From Negativicutes bacterium (lineage in GTDB: Bacteria > Bacillota > Negativicutes > UBA1444), in the NCBI GenBank assembly GCA_963665275.2, contig CAXXIN010000014.1:96001-160000 (forward strand): a DNA stretch of 64,000 nucleotides, written 5' to 3'. A program made the position numbers and the translations under genes. The notes beneath the pieces are model-generated. The model had not been told where the DNA came from. It saw nothing but the letters and a program-made list of their open reading frames with translations, and ran no database searches. This document shows positions 17,979 to 28,520 of this stretch, piece after piece (the first letter of the stretch is position 1; the number at the start of each line of letters is the position of its first letter).

Positions 17979-18809
17979 ATGAGTGATTTGAGTAACAAAG
18001 TTATCCTTACCATCGCACCGACCGGTAATGTTCCCACCAGAAAATTGACGCCCCATGTCCCGATGACTCCCGCAGAAATAGCTGCGGATGCTTACGCTTG
18101 TTGGAAAGAAGGCGCCTCGGTCGTTCATATCCATACCCGGGACAAAGAGGGGCTACCCACATCAGATGTTGAAATTAATCGTGAGGTCATGGCGGAACTG
18201 GACAAATATCCTGACTGTGATATCATTCGCCAGGTTTCAACCGGCGGACGCGCCGGCAAAAACTATATGGAACGCGGTCAAATGATTTGTTTGTCGCCCG
18301 ATATGGCAAGTTTGGCTACCGGTTCATCCAATTTTCCGGCCAAGGGAAACTATAATGACCCGGAAACCGTGTCCTTCCTTGCAGCTGAAATGATGAAATA
18401 TAATGTGAAACCGGAAATCGAAGTGTTCGACACTGCTATGATTTGGAATGCCGTGCGATTGTCCGAGAAAGGTGAAATCAAAACTCCGCTCCATTTCAAT
18501 CTTGTACTCGGGGTTGGCGGATCACAACCGGCAACAGTTGATGCATTAATGTATTGTTATCAACATTTGCCGAAGGATTGCACATGGGGGATTTCTGCCA
18601 TCGGCAAAGATCACGTACAACTTTCGACCATTGCACTGGCTTTGGGCGGGAATGTTCGGGTCGGCCTGGAAGACAACATTTATTACACTAAAGGTGTTTT
18701 GGCGACCAACCTAACGTTGTTGAAACGTATGACAAACATCGCTAAAGCTATTGGGCGCGAGATTGCCACGCCAACTGAAGCGCGGGAAATTCTGAACCTT
18801 AAAAAATAA
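17979..18809 (+). CDS. Beta-keto acid cleavage enzyme (BKACE/Kce, DUF849 family)
   Basis: IAPTG, VHIHTRD, STGG, KPEIEVFD and RVGLEDN motifs. Confidence 0.9.
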   Translation: MSDLSNKVILTIAPTGNVPTRKLTPHVPMTPAEIAADAYACWKEGASVVHIHTRDKEGLPTSDVEINREVMAELDKYPDCDIIRQVSTGGRAGKNYMERGQMICLSPDMASLATGSSNFPAKGNYNDPETVSFLAAEMMKYNVKPEIEVFDTAMIWNAVRLSEKGEIKTPLHFNLVLGVGGSQPATVDALMYCYQHLPKDCTWGISAIGKDHVQLSTIALALGGNVRVGLEDNIYYTKGVLATNLTLLKRMTNIAKAIGREIATPTEAREILNLKK

Positions 18810-18833
18810 TTGGTGACGATCGGAGGAAGTGAA

Positions 18834-20237
18834 TTGAGTAACCTGACTAAAAAATGGCTGATTGTTATTGGCAGTGGCATGCTTGTCTATCTTATTCCTG
18901 TTCCCGCCGGAGTGAAGCCTCTTGCCTGGAATTTGCTGGCTGTCTTTGTGGGAACTATTATTGGCTGCATAGTCCAGCCGATACCCCTGGGGGCTATTTC
19001 ACTGGCCAGCCTGAGCCTCATTGGGTTTCTCGGGTTAGCGCAAATCAATGAACTGCTGGCAGGATTTTCGAGTTCAACCATTTGGCTCATTGTGTCGGCG
19101 TTTTTATTGTCTCGTGGGTTCAGCAAAACGGGGCTGGGACGTCGTATATCCTACCTGTTAATTCAAAAATTTGGCGACAGAACGATGAAGCTGGGGTTTG
19201 CCATTATGTTAAGCGAGTATGTATTCAGCCCGGCAACTCCGTCAACGTCTGCCCGTGGCGGAGCTATTGTATATCCCATTGCCAGAAGTCTGGCCAGCGC
19301 CTTTAATTCCGAACCGGGGCCAACAGCCAAGAAAATTGGCGCTTATTTGATGCAGGTTGGATTTCAGTCCAATTGCATGAGCGGTAGTTTATTCATGACC
19401 GCAATGATTGCTAATCCTATGATGGCGATGTTTGCTCAACAGGCATTCGGCATTAACATTACTTGGATGGATTGGGCCATTGCCGCCTTTGTGCCTGGAA
19501 CACTGGCGATGATTCTGATTCCTGTCGTACTGTTTTATATTTTGCCGCCAGAGCAAAAAATAACCCCGGAAGCGGGGAGCTTTGCCACCGCAGAATTGAG
19601 CAAAATGGGACCTATGAGTCGCGAAGAAAAAATCATGTCCGCTGTGTTTATTGGCAGCATTCTACTATGGGCAACCGCTTCCTTTACCAAACTGGATGCT
19701 ACACTTATAGCACTGGGAAGTGGGTCGGTTCTGATTGTAACCAATGTTCTGACATGGAAAGATGTGCTGAATGAAAGCGGAGCATGGGACACTATGGTGT
19801 GGGTCGGAGTGCTGAGTACTATCGCAGGGTTGCTCAACAAACACGGTTTGATTGCATGGTTCAGCAAACTGACTGCGGCCTCTTTGGTAGGCATTCCCTG
19901 GATGCTTACATTGATCGCTCTATTGTTAATTTATCTATATTCGCATTATTTGTTTGCTTCCATTACTGGTCACGTTGTTGCGATGTACCCGGCATTCATT
20001 GCAGTGGCTGGAGCTGCAGGAGCGCCGCCTATGCTTGTGGCGCTGTCCATGGGCTTTTTCTCCAATTTTTTTGCTTGCCTGACCCACTATGGGAACGGAG
20101 TTGGCCCAATTTATTCCGGAGCCGGTTATATGAGCCAAGGTACCTGGTGGCGTGTCGGCTTTACCATGTCCCTGGTCTATTTGGCATGCTTTTTCGGGGT
20201 GGGGTTACCCTATTGGAAAGCCATCGGACTCTGGTGA
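18834..20237 (+). CDS. DASS-family dicarboxylate/anion transporter
   Basis: KTGLGRRI, PSTSARGG, THYG and WWRVG motifs; TTG start after GGAGG. Confidence 0.9.
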   Translation: MSNLTKKWLIVIGSGMLVYLIPVPAGVKPLAWNLLAVFVGTIIGCIVQPIPLGAISLASLSLIGFLGLAQINELLAGFSSSTIWLIVSAFLLSRGFSKTGLGRRISYLLIQKFGDRTMKLGFAIMLSEYVFSPATPSTSARGGAIVYPIARSLASAFNSEPGPTAKKIGAYLMQVGFQSNCMSGSLFMTAMIANPMMAMFAQQAFGINITWMDWAIAAFVPGTLAMILIPVVLFYILPPEQKITPEAGSFATAELSKMGPMSREEKIMSAVFIGSILLWATASFTKLDATLIALGSGSVLIVTNVLTWKDVLNESGAWDTMVWVGVLSTIAGLLNKHGLIAWFSKLTAASLVGIPWMLTLIALLLIYLYSHYLFASITGHVVAMYPAFIAVAGAAGAPPMLVALSMGFFSNFFACLTHYGNGVGPIYSGAGYMSQGTWWRVGFTMSLVYLACFFGVGLPYWKAIGLW

Positions 20238-20408
20238 TCATGATTGCGCATGCTCGAAAATAGGTAAGCTCTGCGTTGCAGGAACGCCATTATAATAGGT
20301 AGAGTCGGTTTTTCGTAAAGGGAAGACCGGCTTTATTTTTGCGAACATTTAAGTTTAATTGTGATATGCTTTTAGCAGGATTATTTTAAATAGTGTGGAA
20401 TAATTAAA

Positions 20409-20426
20409 ATGGTAAACGTTTACCAT
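20409..20426. promoter_or_regulatory. LacI-type operator
   Basis: Perfect palindrome ATGGTAAACGTTTACCAT with central CG, directly before a LacI gene. Confidence 0.8.
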
Positions 20427-20434
20427 GGAGTGGT

Positions 20435-21496
20435 GTGAAAGATTTGGCTGAGCAAATAAAACCAAGAGCGACGATTAAAGAAATAGCGCAACGTGCGGGA
20501 ACTTCCATTGCGACAGTTTCCCGGGTTTTACGCAAAGTTGATCATCCGGTGAAGCCTGAACTGCGGGAACAGGTGCTGCGGGCCGCGCAGGAACTCAATT
20601 ATTCGCCCAATTTGATTGGCCGTTTTTTGAAAAGCAGTAGCAGTAATGATATTGGAGTTATCATTCCCACAATTTCAAACCCCTTTTACCCATTGCTGAT
20701 TTTAGGTATTGAGGAGGTATTTGACCGCTACGGCTACAACATGCTGCTGTGCAATTCGTTTCGTAATGAAAAGAAAGAAATGAATTATGTGAAATTGTTA
20801 CGGCAAAAACAGGTGAATGGGCTGATTATCGCCTCCATCAGCAGTGATCGGGAGTATCTGCAGGCGCAGATCGATGCGGGACTCCGTGTGGTAACGCTGG
20901 ATCAGTCGGTCGCAAACCTGAATTGCAGCAAGGTGGTCATTGACTATGAATTGAGCAGTAGGATGGCGATGGAACACCTGTGGGCCAATGGGCATCGCAA
21001 AATCGGCTTCATTTCGGCGCCTCTGAGCATCATCAGCCGTAAATTAATTTACAGCGGTTATGTCAAATCGCTGGAGAAATATCGGATACCGCTCAATAAG
21101 GAATGGCTCTACATTACGGAACATGAGACAGAAACAAACGGCGAATTTTACGAATTTGAAAACGGTAAAAATCTTGCCAGACGCCTGGTTAACACGGAAG
21201 ACCGGCCCACGGCGCTGTTGGTCATCAATGATATGACTTCCTATGGGTTGATGCATGAATTAGCCAATCAAAACATCAGCGTTCCGGCGGATATATCGAT
21301 CGTCAGTTTTGATAATATCTTTTTTTCACAGGTTACCAATCCTCCGCTGACCACCATTGGATATTCAACTTATGAAATGGGTCGGCTGGCGGCTGAATGT
21401 CTGATTAAGGACATGACGGGCGAGCAAATCGAAACAGCCGATATTGTTATCAAACCGGAATTGATCGAACGAAAAAGTGTGCAAAAACTATTTTAA
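20435..21496 (+). CDS. LacI-family regulator
   Basis: TIKEIAQRAGTSIATVSRVL HTH plus periplasmic-binding-like domain. Confidence 0.92.
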   Translation: MKDLAEQIKPRATIKEIAQRAGTSIATVSRVLRKVDHPVKPELREQVLRAAQELNYSPNLIGRFLKSSSSNDIGVIIPTISNPFYPLLILGIEEVFDRYGYNMLLCNSFRNEKKEMNYVKLLRQKQVNGLIIASISSDREYLQAQIDAGLRVVTLDQSVANLNCSKVVIDYELSSRMAMEHLWANGHRKIGFISAPLSIISRKLIYSGYVKSLEKYRIPLNKEWLYITEHETETNGEFYEFENGKNLARRLVNTEDRPTALLVINDMTSYGLMHELANQNISVPADISIVSFDNIFFSQVTNPPLTTIGYSTYEMGRLAAECLIKDMTGEQIETADIVIKPELIERKSVQKLF

Positions 21497-21517
21497 TAAA
21501 GAAATGGGGCGGGCTTC

Positions 21518-22711
21518 GTGAAGACGTTATTGTGCAATGGGACAGTCATCACTCCCTTTCGTATCATCGAAAACGGGGCCGTGTTGGTTGAAAAAGGCAA
21601 GATAGCAGAGGTTTTCGCTGAATCGCCGCAATCTGAAGATTCGGCAGTACAGCGTATCGATGTTGGAGGGCGATATATTTCTCCCGGATTTATCGACATG
21701 CATGTACATGGAGGTGGAGGCTGCGAAGTGATGGATGCTTCCGTCGAGTCGGTTCAGACCATGTGCAGGGCCCATGCCCGGTTTGGGACCACGGCTATTG
21801 TCCCCACTACCGTGGCGGCTCCATGGGAAGATATCTACGCGGCTATTGATGCAGTGCGATTGGCGCAGCCGGATAGTACCGGCGCGGAAATCTTGGGCAT
21901 CCATTTGGAAGGACCTTATTTTTCACAGGCGGAAAAGGGTGCGCAAAGTGCCGATTTCATTAAAGACCCGGTGCCGGCAGAGTATCTCAAAGCCTTGGAT
22001 TACTGGGACGGGATCAAAATCATGGGTGTCGCCCCGGAGCTGCCTGGAGCTCTGGAATTGGGCCGGGAATTGCGGCGCAGAAATATTTTGGCGTCGATCG
22101 CTCATTCCAATGCAGACTATGATGAAGTGGTTCTGGCCCTTGAAAATGGTTATACCAACATTACCCACTTCTATTCGGGCTGTTCGATCGTTCATCGCAA
22201 GAATGCCTATCGGTTTGCCGGTGTGGTGGAAAGCGGTTATTTAATTGACGAATTGACTGTTCAGGTAATTGCCGATGGCAAGCATTTGCCGCCCAGCTTG
22301 CTCAAGTTGATTTATAAGGTGAAGGGCGCCGACAAAATAGCGCTGATTACAGATGCCTTGAGCTATGCGGCCATGCCGTCCCTGCAGGAAAATATCGTTT
22401 ATACGCAAAAGAATGGGGTTCCGGTCATATTGGAAGATGGGGTCATGAAGCTTCCTGACCGGTCCAGCTTTGCCGGCAGCGTCGCGACCACCCGCGACCT
22501 GGTGCGGAATATGGTGGAACTGGGAGAGGTGCCGCTGTGTCAGGCTGTGAAAATGGCCTCGCACACCCCGGCCAGAATTTTGAACATCGCCGACCGCAAG
22601 GGGAGTCTGTCGATTGGACTGGATGCGGACATCGTGGTTTTTGATGCCGAGTTTGCGGTCCAGCTGACGATGGTCGCCGGCAAGATCGTTTATCAGACTA
22701 CATCCGATTGA
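21518..22711 (+). CDS. nagA: N-acetylglucosamine-6-phosphate deacetylase
   Basis: PGFIDMHVHG, HLEGPY, APE, AHS, DGKH and TDA motifs. Confidence 0.88.
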   Translation: MKTLLCNGTVITPFRIIENGAVLVEKGKIAEVFAESPQSEDSAVQRIDVGGRYISPGFIDMHVHGGGGCEVMDASVESVQTMCRAHARFGTTAIVPTTVAAPWEDIYAAIDAVRLAQPDSTGAEILGIHLEGPYFSQAEKGAQSADFIKDPVPAEYLKALDYWDGIKIMGVAPELPGALELGRELRRRNILASIAHSNADYDEVVLALENGYTNITHFYSGCSIVHRKNAYRFAGVVESGYLIDELTVQVIADGKHLPPSLLKLIYKVKGADKIALITDALSYAAMPSLQENIVYTQKNGVPVILEDGVMKLPDRSSFAGSVATTRDLVRNMVELGEVPLCQAVKMASHTPARILNIADRKGSLSIGLDADIVVFDAEFAVQLTMVAGKIVYQTTSD

Positions 22712-23649
22712 ACCTAATAAGCAGAGAAAAATTGGCGGCAAAGGGGGCAGTGACTAGGTTGAGTTCGCTGCAAAATTCACGAAAAAAAATAGCAGGCTTT
22801 TTGTTTGTAACACCGGCTCTGTTGTTCATTTTTTCCTTTATGCTTTATCCGCTGATCAATTCGCTGTACATGAGCGTGCACAAATACAATTTTGTCTATG
22901 ACAAAGAACCGAAATTCATAGGCCTCGGCAACTACATCACCGCATTTTCCGATAAGGACTTTCTGGTCGCGCTCGGGAACACCTTTACGTTCGCATTTTT
23001 TTATGTGGTGTTTGTCATGGTCATATCGCTGGTTTTGGCGCTGCTGATTTTCCAGAAAATCCGGTTCAATTATTATTATCGGACTGCCATATTTATTCCG
23101 ATTGTAGTGCCGCTGTCGCTGTCGGCACTGGCGTTCATGTGGATTTTGCAGGAAAACTACGGATTGCTGAATCATCTGCTCGGCAATGTATTGGGGTTGA
23201 AATCGTTGACCTTCCCCTGGTTGAACAATGGCACTACGGCCATGGGCAGTATTATCGGCGTAGCATTGTGGGCTACGATCGGGTTTGAGACGATCTTGTT
23301 TTTGGGCGGACTGCAAGCAATCCCGCAGGATATCCTCGAAGCGGCTGAAGTGGATGGCGCCAGTGGACTGAAAAAAGTGTATTATATTATCCTGCCCAAT
23401 TTGAAGGAAACCTATATATTGACGGGGATTTGGGCGCTCCTGCACGGCATCAAGGTTTTTATCGAACCGATGGTCATGACTTCCGGCGGCCCGGGCGTCA
23501 GCACGCTGGTGTTGTATCAACATATTTACCACACGGCATTTACTTATTTCGATATGGGCTACGCCTCGGCGATGGCTTATATATTGGGCGCGATTGCACT
23601 GCTTTTTTCGGCCGCCAACTACTGGGTGAACCGGACAAAAGAAGCCTAG
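22708..23649 (+). CDS. Sugar ABC transporter permease
   Basis: EAAEVDGA EAA loop; DMGYASA. Confidence 0.92.
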   Translation: MNLISREKLAAKGAVTRLSSLQNSRKKIAGFLFVTPALLFIFSFMLYPLINSLYMSVHKYNFVYDKEPKFIGLGNYITAFSDKDFLVALGNTFTFAFFYVVFVMVISLVLALLIFQKIRFNYYYRTAIFIPIVVPLSLSALAFMWILQENYGLLNHLLGNVLGLKSLTFPWLNNGTTAMGSIIGVALWATIGFETILFLGGLQAIPQDILEAAEVDGASGLKKVYYIILPNLKETYILTGIWALLHGIKVFIEPMVMTSGGPGVSTLVLYQHIYHTAFTYFDMGYASAMAYILGAIALLFSAANYWVNRTKEA

Positions 23650-23700
23650 TTTCCCTTGGCGATTGTAACGGAATTAATGCTTTGGCGGTAAGGAGCGGAA

Positions 23701-24555
23701 ATGGTGAAACCGATAAAAGGCCTGCATGGGTTGTCTTTTGGAAAGGTCATGATTCATTTATGTTTGGGGTCGGTGGCGCTGGTATTCCTCACCCCTTTTG
23801 TCTATGTATTTTTGAATTCGTTTAAAACAACCGAAGAAATTTACTGGGTTCCGCAAAGCTTTCTGCCCAAACAGTGGATTTTAGATAACTATCTGCAGAT
23901 CGGCGAGAAGGGACATTTTGTCGACTATTTCATGAACAGCGTCATTATTACCTGCACAGCAGTTTTCCTGGTCCTGGTGATCAGCTCTCTGGCCGGATAT
24001 GCTTTTGCGCGCTTGCCGTTCAAAGGCCGCCAGTTGTTGCTGGGCTTTATTCTCATGACCATTGCGATTCCGCTGGTCGTGTTTTTGATTCCAATGTTTC
24101 TCATGGAAAACGCCGCCGGATTGCTTAATACGAATCTGGGCCTGATTTTACCGAATGTGGCGGTGGTCCTGCCGTTTGCCATATTCATCATGCGGTCGTC
24201 ATTTGTCGGCATTCCCAAGGAAATCGAGGAAGCGGCTGAAATGGACGGATGCGGAGTATTCATGACGTGGTGGCGGATCATGTTGCCGATGGCGAAAAAT
24301 GGGTTGATAACCGTACTGATCATGTCGTTCAACGCGATCTGGGGCGAGTATGCCATTGCCAAGACGATGGCGACAGACCAAGCCTCGATGCCGCTGTCGG
24401 TGGGGTTGACGCTGATGAAGGGCGAGGTATGGGATTTTGGCACGTTGGCGGCTGTGATTGTCTTGTCGATGTTGCCACCGATCATCATTTTCATCATATT
24501 CCAGAAGCGCCTAGTCGAGAGGAATAACGCAAGGCGCAGTGAAGGGGTGATATAA
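23701..24555 (+). CDS. Sugar ABC transporter permease (C-terminal tail frameshifted)
   Basis: EEAAEMDGC EAA loop; the usual GITQGAVKG tail lies in the +1 frame. Confidence 0.9.
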   Translation: MVKPIKGLHGLSFGKVMIHLCLGSVALVFLTPFVYVFLNSFKTTEEIYWVPQSFLPKQWILDNYLQIGEKGHFVDYFMNSVIITCTAVFLVLVISSLAGYAFARLPFKGRQLLLGFILMTIAIPLVVFLIPMFLMENAAGLLNTNLGLILPNVAVVLPFAIFIMRSSFVGIPKEIEEAAEMDGCGVFMTWWRIMLPMAKNGLITVLIMSFNAIWGEYAIAKTMATDQASMPLSVGLTLMKGEVWDFGTLAAVIVLSMLPPIIIFIIFQKRLVERNNARRSEGVI

Positions 24556-24628
24556 GGCTGCTTACAGAGGCTTTTGAATGGCTGAAACGAATTTAAGGAA
24601 ATTAAGTTAAGCGAAGGGAGATATTTGT

Positions 24629-25927
24629 ATGCGAAACCGAAAAACGATTGCCTGTTTACTGATGTTCAGCTTCATGCTCATGCTGGTTGCGGCGGGGTGC
24701 TCCTCCAAACCGGCAGCGGCGCCAACAGCACCAGCGCCTAAAGTGCTCAAGGTGGCCGCCGAAGCGTGGATGATTGACAAGTTCCACATGAAAAAAGCCG
24801 CCGATGCCTTTAAAGCCAAAAATCCCGATATTGAAGTCATAATCCAACCGTATGCCGATCGGCAAGTACTGTCGAATTTCGCGCTGCAATGGAGTCAGAA
24901 TAAATCGGATGTCGATATCGTCATTGTCGATGGCGCGTCAACTGCGGCACAATTTTTAGCTAAAGATTTGATCGTCGATTTTAACAAAACGAAATTCTTC
25001 AGCGGCCCGACGGCCAAAGAAAACTTTGTCGGCAAGACGCTGGAATTCTGCGCGGTGGATGGGGTGCAATTCGCGATCCCCATTGGTTTGGAAGCGTATG
25101 ATATCAATGCCAACAAAAAGTTCTTCGCGGAAGCGGGATTGCTTGATGCGCAGGGCAATATAAAAGCCCCCAAGAGCTGGCAGGAAATCTATGAATACGC
25201 CAAAAAGATGACCAAGAAAGAGGGCGACAAAGTGGTGCGCCCGGGAATGACCATTCAATGGGGACCGAATGCCTACTTCGTTTTGATTGCCGTGGAGCAA
25301 GCGGCGAGAGGCAGTTTCTATAAAGCCGACGGCAAGACGAACACCTTTGATACGCCTGAAATGCGCGAAATATTGCAGATCTGGAAGAAGGGCGTAGAGG
25401 AAGGGGTCTTCTCCATCGACACCTTTACCAACAAAGATGCTGGCCGCAACAACTTCAACGCAGGACAGGTGCCGATGTTGCTGCAAAGCGCAGCGCATGT
25501 CGCCGAAGCGGCTCCGACCGTCGGCAAGGACAACCTGACGCTCATCTCCATTCCGGGTTCAGAGAAAAACGGCACCTATGGATTTGCCGCCGGAATCATC
25601 ATCCCCAAAGCATCGCCGAACCAGGAACTGGCCGTCAAATTTATTCAGGAAGCCCTGATGTCCGATGTGCAGGCCGGTGTTGCAAATCAATGGGGCAAGT
25701 TGCCTGTTATCAAGAGCCACTTTGACAAGATCGATGCCGGTTGGAAGACACATATCTTCAATTTGGTGAAGATTTCGCCACCAGCGCCATTCTATAAAGA
25801 TTTGCCCAAATTGATGGTGGAATCGCCGAAACAATTGCAGCAATATCTGATGGGGCAGCAAAGCCTGGATGATTTCATTGCGAATATGGAAAAATTGATC
25901 GGGACACTGGACAAAAACGCCAAATAA
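24629..25927 (+). CDS. Sugar ABC transporter substrate-binding lipoprotein
   Basis: Lipobox AAGC; solute-binding-protein-like sequence within the ABC operon. Confidence 0.9.
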   Translation: MRNRKTIACLLMFSFMLMLVAAGCSSKPAAAPTAPAPKVLKVAAEAWMIDKFHMKKAADAFKAKNPDIEVIIQPYADRQVLSNFALQWSQNKSDVDIVIVDGASTAAQFLAKDLIVDFNKTKFFSGPTAKENFVGKTLEFCAVDGVQFAIPIGLEAYDINANKKFFAEAGLLDAQGNIKAPKSWQEIYEYAKKMTKKEGDKVVRPGMTIQWGPNAYFVLIAVEQAARGSFYKADGKTNTFDTPEMREILQIWKKGVEEGVFSIDTFTNKDAGRNNFNAGQVPMLLQSAAHVAEAAPTVGKDNLTLISIPGSEKNGTYGFAAGIIIPKASPNQELAVKFIQEALMSDVQAGVANQWGKLPVIKSHFDKIDAGWKTHIFNLVKISPPAPFYKDLPKLMVESPKQLQQYLMGQQSLDDFIANMEKLIGTLDKNAK

Positions 25928-26019
25928 ACAATAAATTGACGATAGCCCCGCGAGCAGGCTTTCGGGGCCATCGTCGCTATTTCAAGTAAAATAAGAGATA
26001 TGACGGGGGAAACCGGGAT

Positions 26020-26778
26020 ATGAAAGTGAAAGTATATCAAACCTCAGACGAATTGGGCCAAGCGGCAGCAGCGGTTGCGGCGGATATTCTGAGACAGACC
26101 ATAGCCCAAAAGGGTAAGGCCAGGTTATTGCTGTCGACAGGCGCTTCCCAGTTCGACACGATCAAGCATCTGGTCACCTTTGACCTTGCGTGGGACAAAG
26201 TTGAAATGTTTCATTTGGACGAATATGTGAACTTGCCGGAACAGCATCCCGCCAGTTTTCGGAAATACCTGAAGGAACGTTTCGTCAATATCGTGAAACC
26301 CAAGCAGGCCTATTTCGTCAACGGCGAGGGTGATGTTGCGCGAAATATTGCCACGTTAACAGCTGCGCTGCAGGCAGAACCAATTGATGTGGCGCTGATC
26401 GGGATTGGCGAAAATGCCCATATCGCATTCAATGACCCACCGGCGGATTTTGCCACGCAAGTTGCCTACAAGGTCGTCGATTTGGATGACAAATGCAAAC
26501 AGCAGCAAGTGGGCGAAGGTTGGTTCGCCACGGTGGCGGACGTTCCCGCACAGGCTATCACGATGTCGGTTCATCAAATCATGCAAAGCAAGGTGATCCT
26601 ATCTTGTGTGCCGCGCAGCGTCAAAGCCATGGCCATCAAGCAGACTTTGGAAAGCGACGTTACTCCGCTCGTGCCGGCCACGATTCTCAAAACCCATGCA
26701 AACTGGACCTTGTTCATTGATCAGGATTCGGCTGCATTGGCTGATCCGGCTGTTTTGAAATCGCTGCAAGGAGAATAA
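26020..26778 (+). CDS. nagB: Glucosamine-6-phosphate deaminase family protein
   Basis: FHLDEY, GIGENAHIAFNDP and PATIL motifs. Confidence 0.8.
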   Translation: MKVKVYQTSDELGQAAAAVAADILRQTIAQKGKARLLLSTGASQFDTIKHLVTFDLAWDKVEMFHLDEYVNLPEQHPASFRKYLKERFVNIVKPKQAYFVNGEGDVARNIATLTAALQAEPIDVALIGIGENAHIAFNDPPADFATQVAYKVVDLDDKCKQQQVGEGWFATVADVPAQAITMSVHQIMQSKVILSCVPRSVKAMAIKQTLESDVTPLVPATILKTHANWTLFIDQDSAALADPAVLKSLQGE

Positions 26779-26780
26779 AG

Positions 26781-27212
26781 ATGGCCATTCCCCTGAAAAG
26801 TTTAACTCAGAGTGATTTTGCCAACTATGGCCGGATATTGGATTATAATCCCGAAGAGCAGGACCTTTTTCAGGTCGTGGTGCTGGAAGGCGAAAGTCAC
26901 GGCTGGCGCATAGCGATGATGAAAGTTGTGAACCAGCCGATTGCCAAAGTCGCCTGCCATCCTAATACAATGGAAGCCTTTGAACCGGTGAGCGGTGTCT
27001 GCGGAATTCTGGTGGGAAGCTATGATAAACCGGCGGAGTTGGAGGCTTTCATCCTGGATCGGGCAGTATGTATTAACAAATCAGTCTGGCATGCCGTGTT
27101 TTCCCTGTCCGGGTCGGCGCTTGTCCGAGTCACGGAGAATGCCGAGGTTCAATCTGAAACCTTCGAATTGAGCGATATACTGTGCATCGGATTGACAGGA
27201 TGCAAGGGGTAA
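26781..27212 (+). CDS. Cupin-fold protein, ureidoglycolate lyase-like
   Basis: FANYG, HPNTMEAF and VWH motifs. Confidence 0.6.
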   Translation: MAIPLKSLTQSDFANYGRILDYNPEEQDLFQVVVLEGESHGWRIAMMKVVNQPIAKVACHPNTMEAFEPVSGVCGILVGSYDKPAELEAFILDRAVCINKSVWHAVFSLSGSALVRVTENAEVQSETFELSDILCIGLTGCKG

Positions 27213-27228
27213 ACGGAGGAGCGTCCAT

Positions 27229-28329
27229 ATGTCGTGTGTAGTGCTGAATAATGTTGTGAAATCTTTTGGGGAAACGGTAGTTGTTCACGATTTCAATCTG
27301 GAAGTTCAGGACAAGGAGTTCCTGGTGCTCGTGGGTCCGTCCGGTTGCGGCAAAACAACAACTCTGCGCATGATCGCGGGCCTGGAAACAGCCACGTCCG
27401 GCGATATTTATATCGGGGACCGGTTGGTGAATGATGTTCCGGCCAAAGACCGGGATATCGCCATGGTCTTCCAGAGCTATGCGCTGTATCCGCATATGAA
27501 CGTGTATGAAAATATGGCGTTTGGTCTGGAAATGCGCAAGTTTTCCAAGACGGAAATTAACCGTCGGGTGCAGGAAGCGGCAGAAATATTGGATATCGGG
27601 CATTTGTTGGAGAGAAAGCCGAAAGCGTTGTCTGGTGGACAGCGGCAGCGGGTGGCGTTGGGGCGGGCGATCGTCCGTGAGCCAAAAGTATTCTTGATGG
27701 ATGAACCATTGTCCAATCTGGATGCCAAATTGCGGGTTCAGATGCGGGCGGAGCTGACCAAGTTGCACCAGCGATTGCAAACGACTTTTATTTACGTTAC
27801 GCATGATCAGACGGAAGCGATGACAATGGGCGACCGTATCGTGGTCATGAAAGACGGCTTCATACAGCAGGTGGATAATCCGCTAAACCTGTACAAGTAT
27901 CCGCAAAATATCTTTGTGGCCGGATTTGTCGGGTTACCTTCCATGAACTTTTTTTCGGTGGAAGTGCTGGAGGATGCAGGCTCGCTTTGGCTAACTAATC
28001 ACTGTTGTCGCATTGCCGCCTGTTCGTCTCAACGTACCCTGCTCCAGCCATATGTTGGCAAAGATATCATATTGGGCGTTCGTCCGGAAGTTTTTTCCGA
28101 TGATCCGCATTTTCTGGCTTCGCATGAGGCCTGGGTTAATGAGGTGAAGGTGGACATTGTGGAGCACATGGGCGCGGAGACCAACGTTTATTTCTCTTTC
28201 GGCGGGGTAAATACCATAGCGCGACTGGATAACTCGACCTTAGCTAAGGCGCAGCAATATCACAAGATTGCTTTTGACATGGAATTGGCCTGCTTCTTTG
28301 ACGCTGTCACTCAGAAGGTTATCTGCTAA
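27229..28329 (+). CDS. Sugar ABC transporter ATPase (MsmX/UgpC type)
   Basis: GPSGCGKT, LSGGQRQR and DEPLSNLD motifs. Confidence 0.95.
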   Translation: MSCVVLNNVVKSFGETVVVHDFNLEVQDKEFLVLVGPSGCGKTTTLRMIAGLETATSGDIYIGDRLVNDVPAKDRDIAMVFQSYALYPHMNVYENMAFGLEMRKFSKTEINRRVQEAAEILDIGHLLERKPKALSGGQRQRVALGRAIVREPKVFLMDEPLSNLDAKLRVQMRAELTKLHQRLQTTFIYVTHDQTEAMTMGDRIVVMKDGFIQQVDNPLNLYKYPQNIFVAGFVGLPSMNFFSVEVLEDAGSLWLTNHCCRIAACSSQRTLLQPYVGKDIILGVRPEVFSDDPHFLASHEAWVNEVKVDIVEHMGAETNVYFSFGGVNTIARLDNSTLAKAQQYHKIAFDMELACFFDAVTQKVIC

Positions 28330-28520
28330 TGATCCCAAAGATTTGAACGAACTGATCTAGAGTTTCAAGCCTTCCGACCTTCGGGTTCGGGAGGCTTTAT
28401 TTTGTAGAACCTGAAAAAATCCGGGAGATGTTGAAACAAAAAAGATATTGCTCGGTGATTCATGCTGATCTTTAGGTATGCTCTCAGTCGAAAAAATGAG
28501 AACGGCAGGAAAAATCGACC

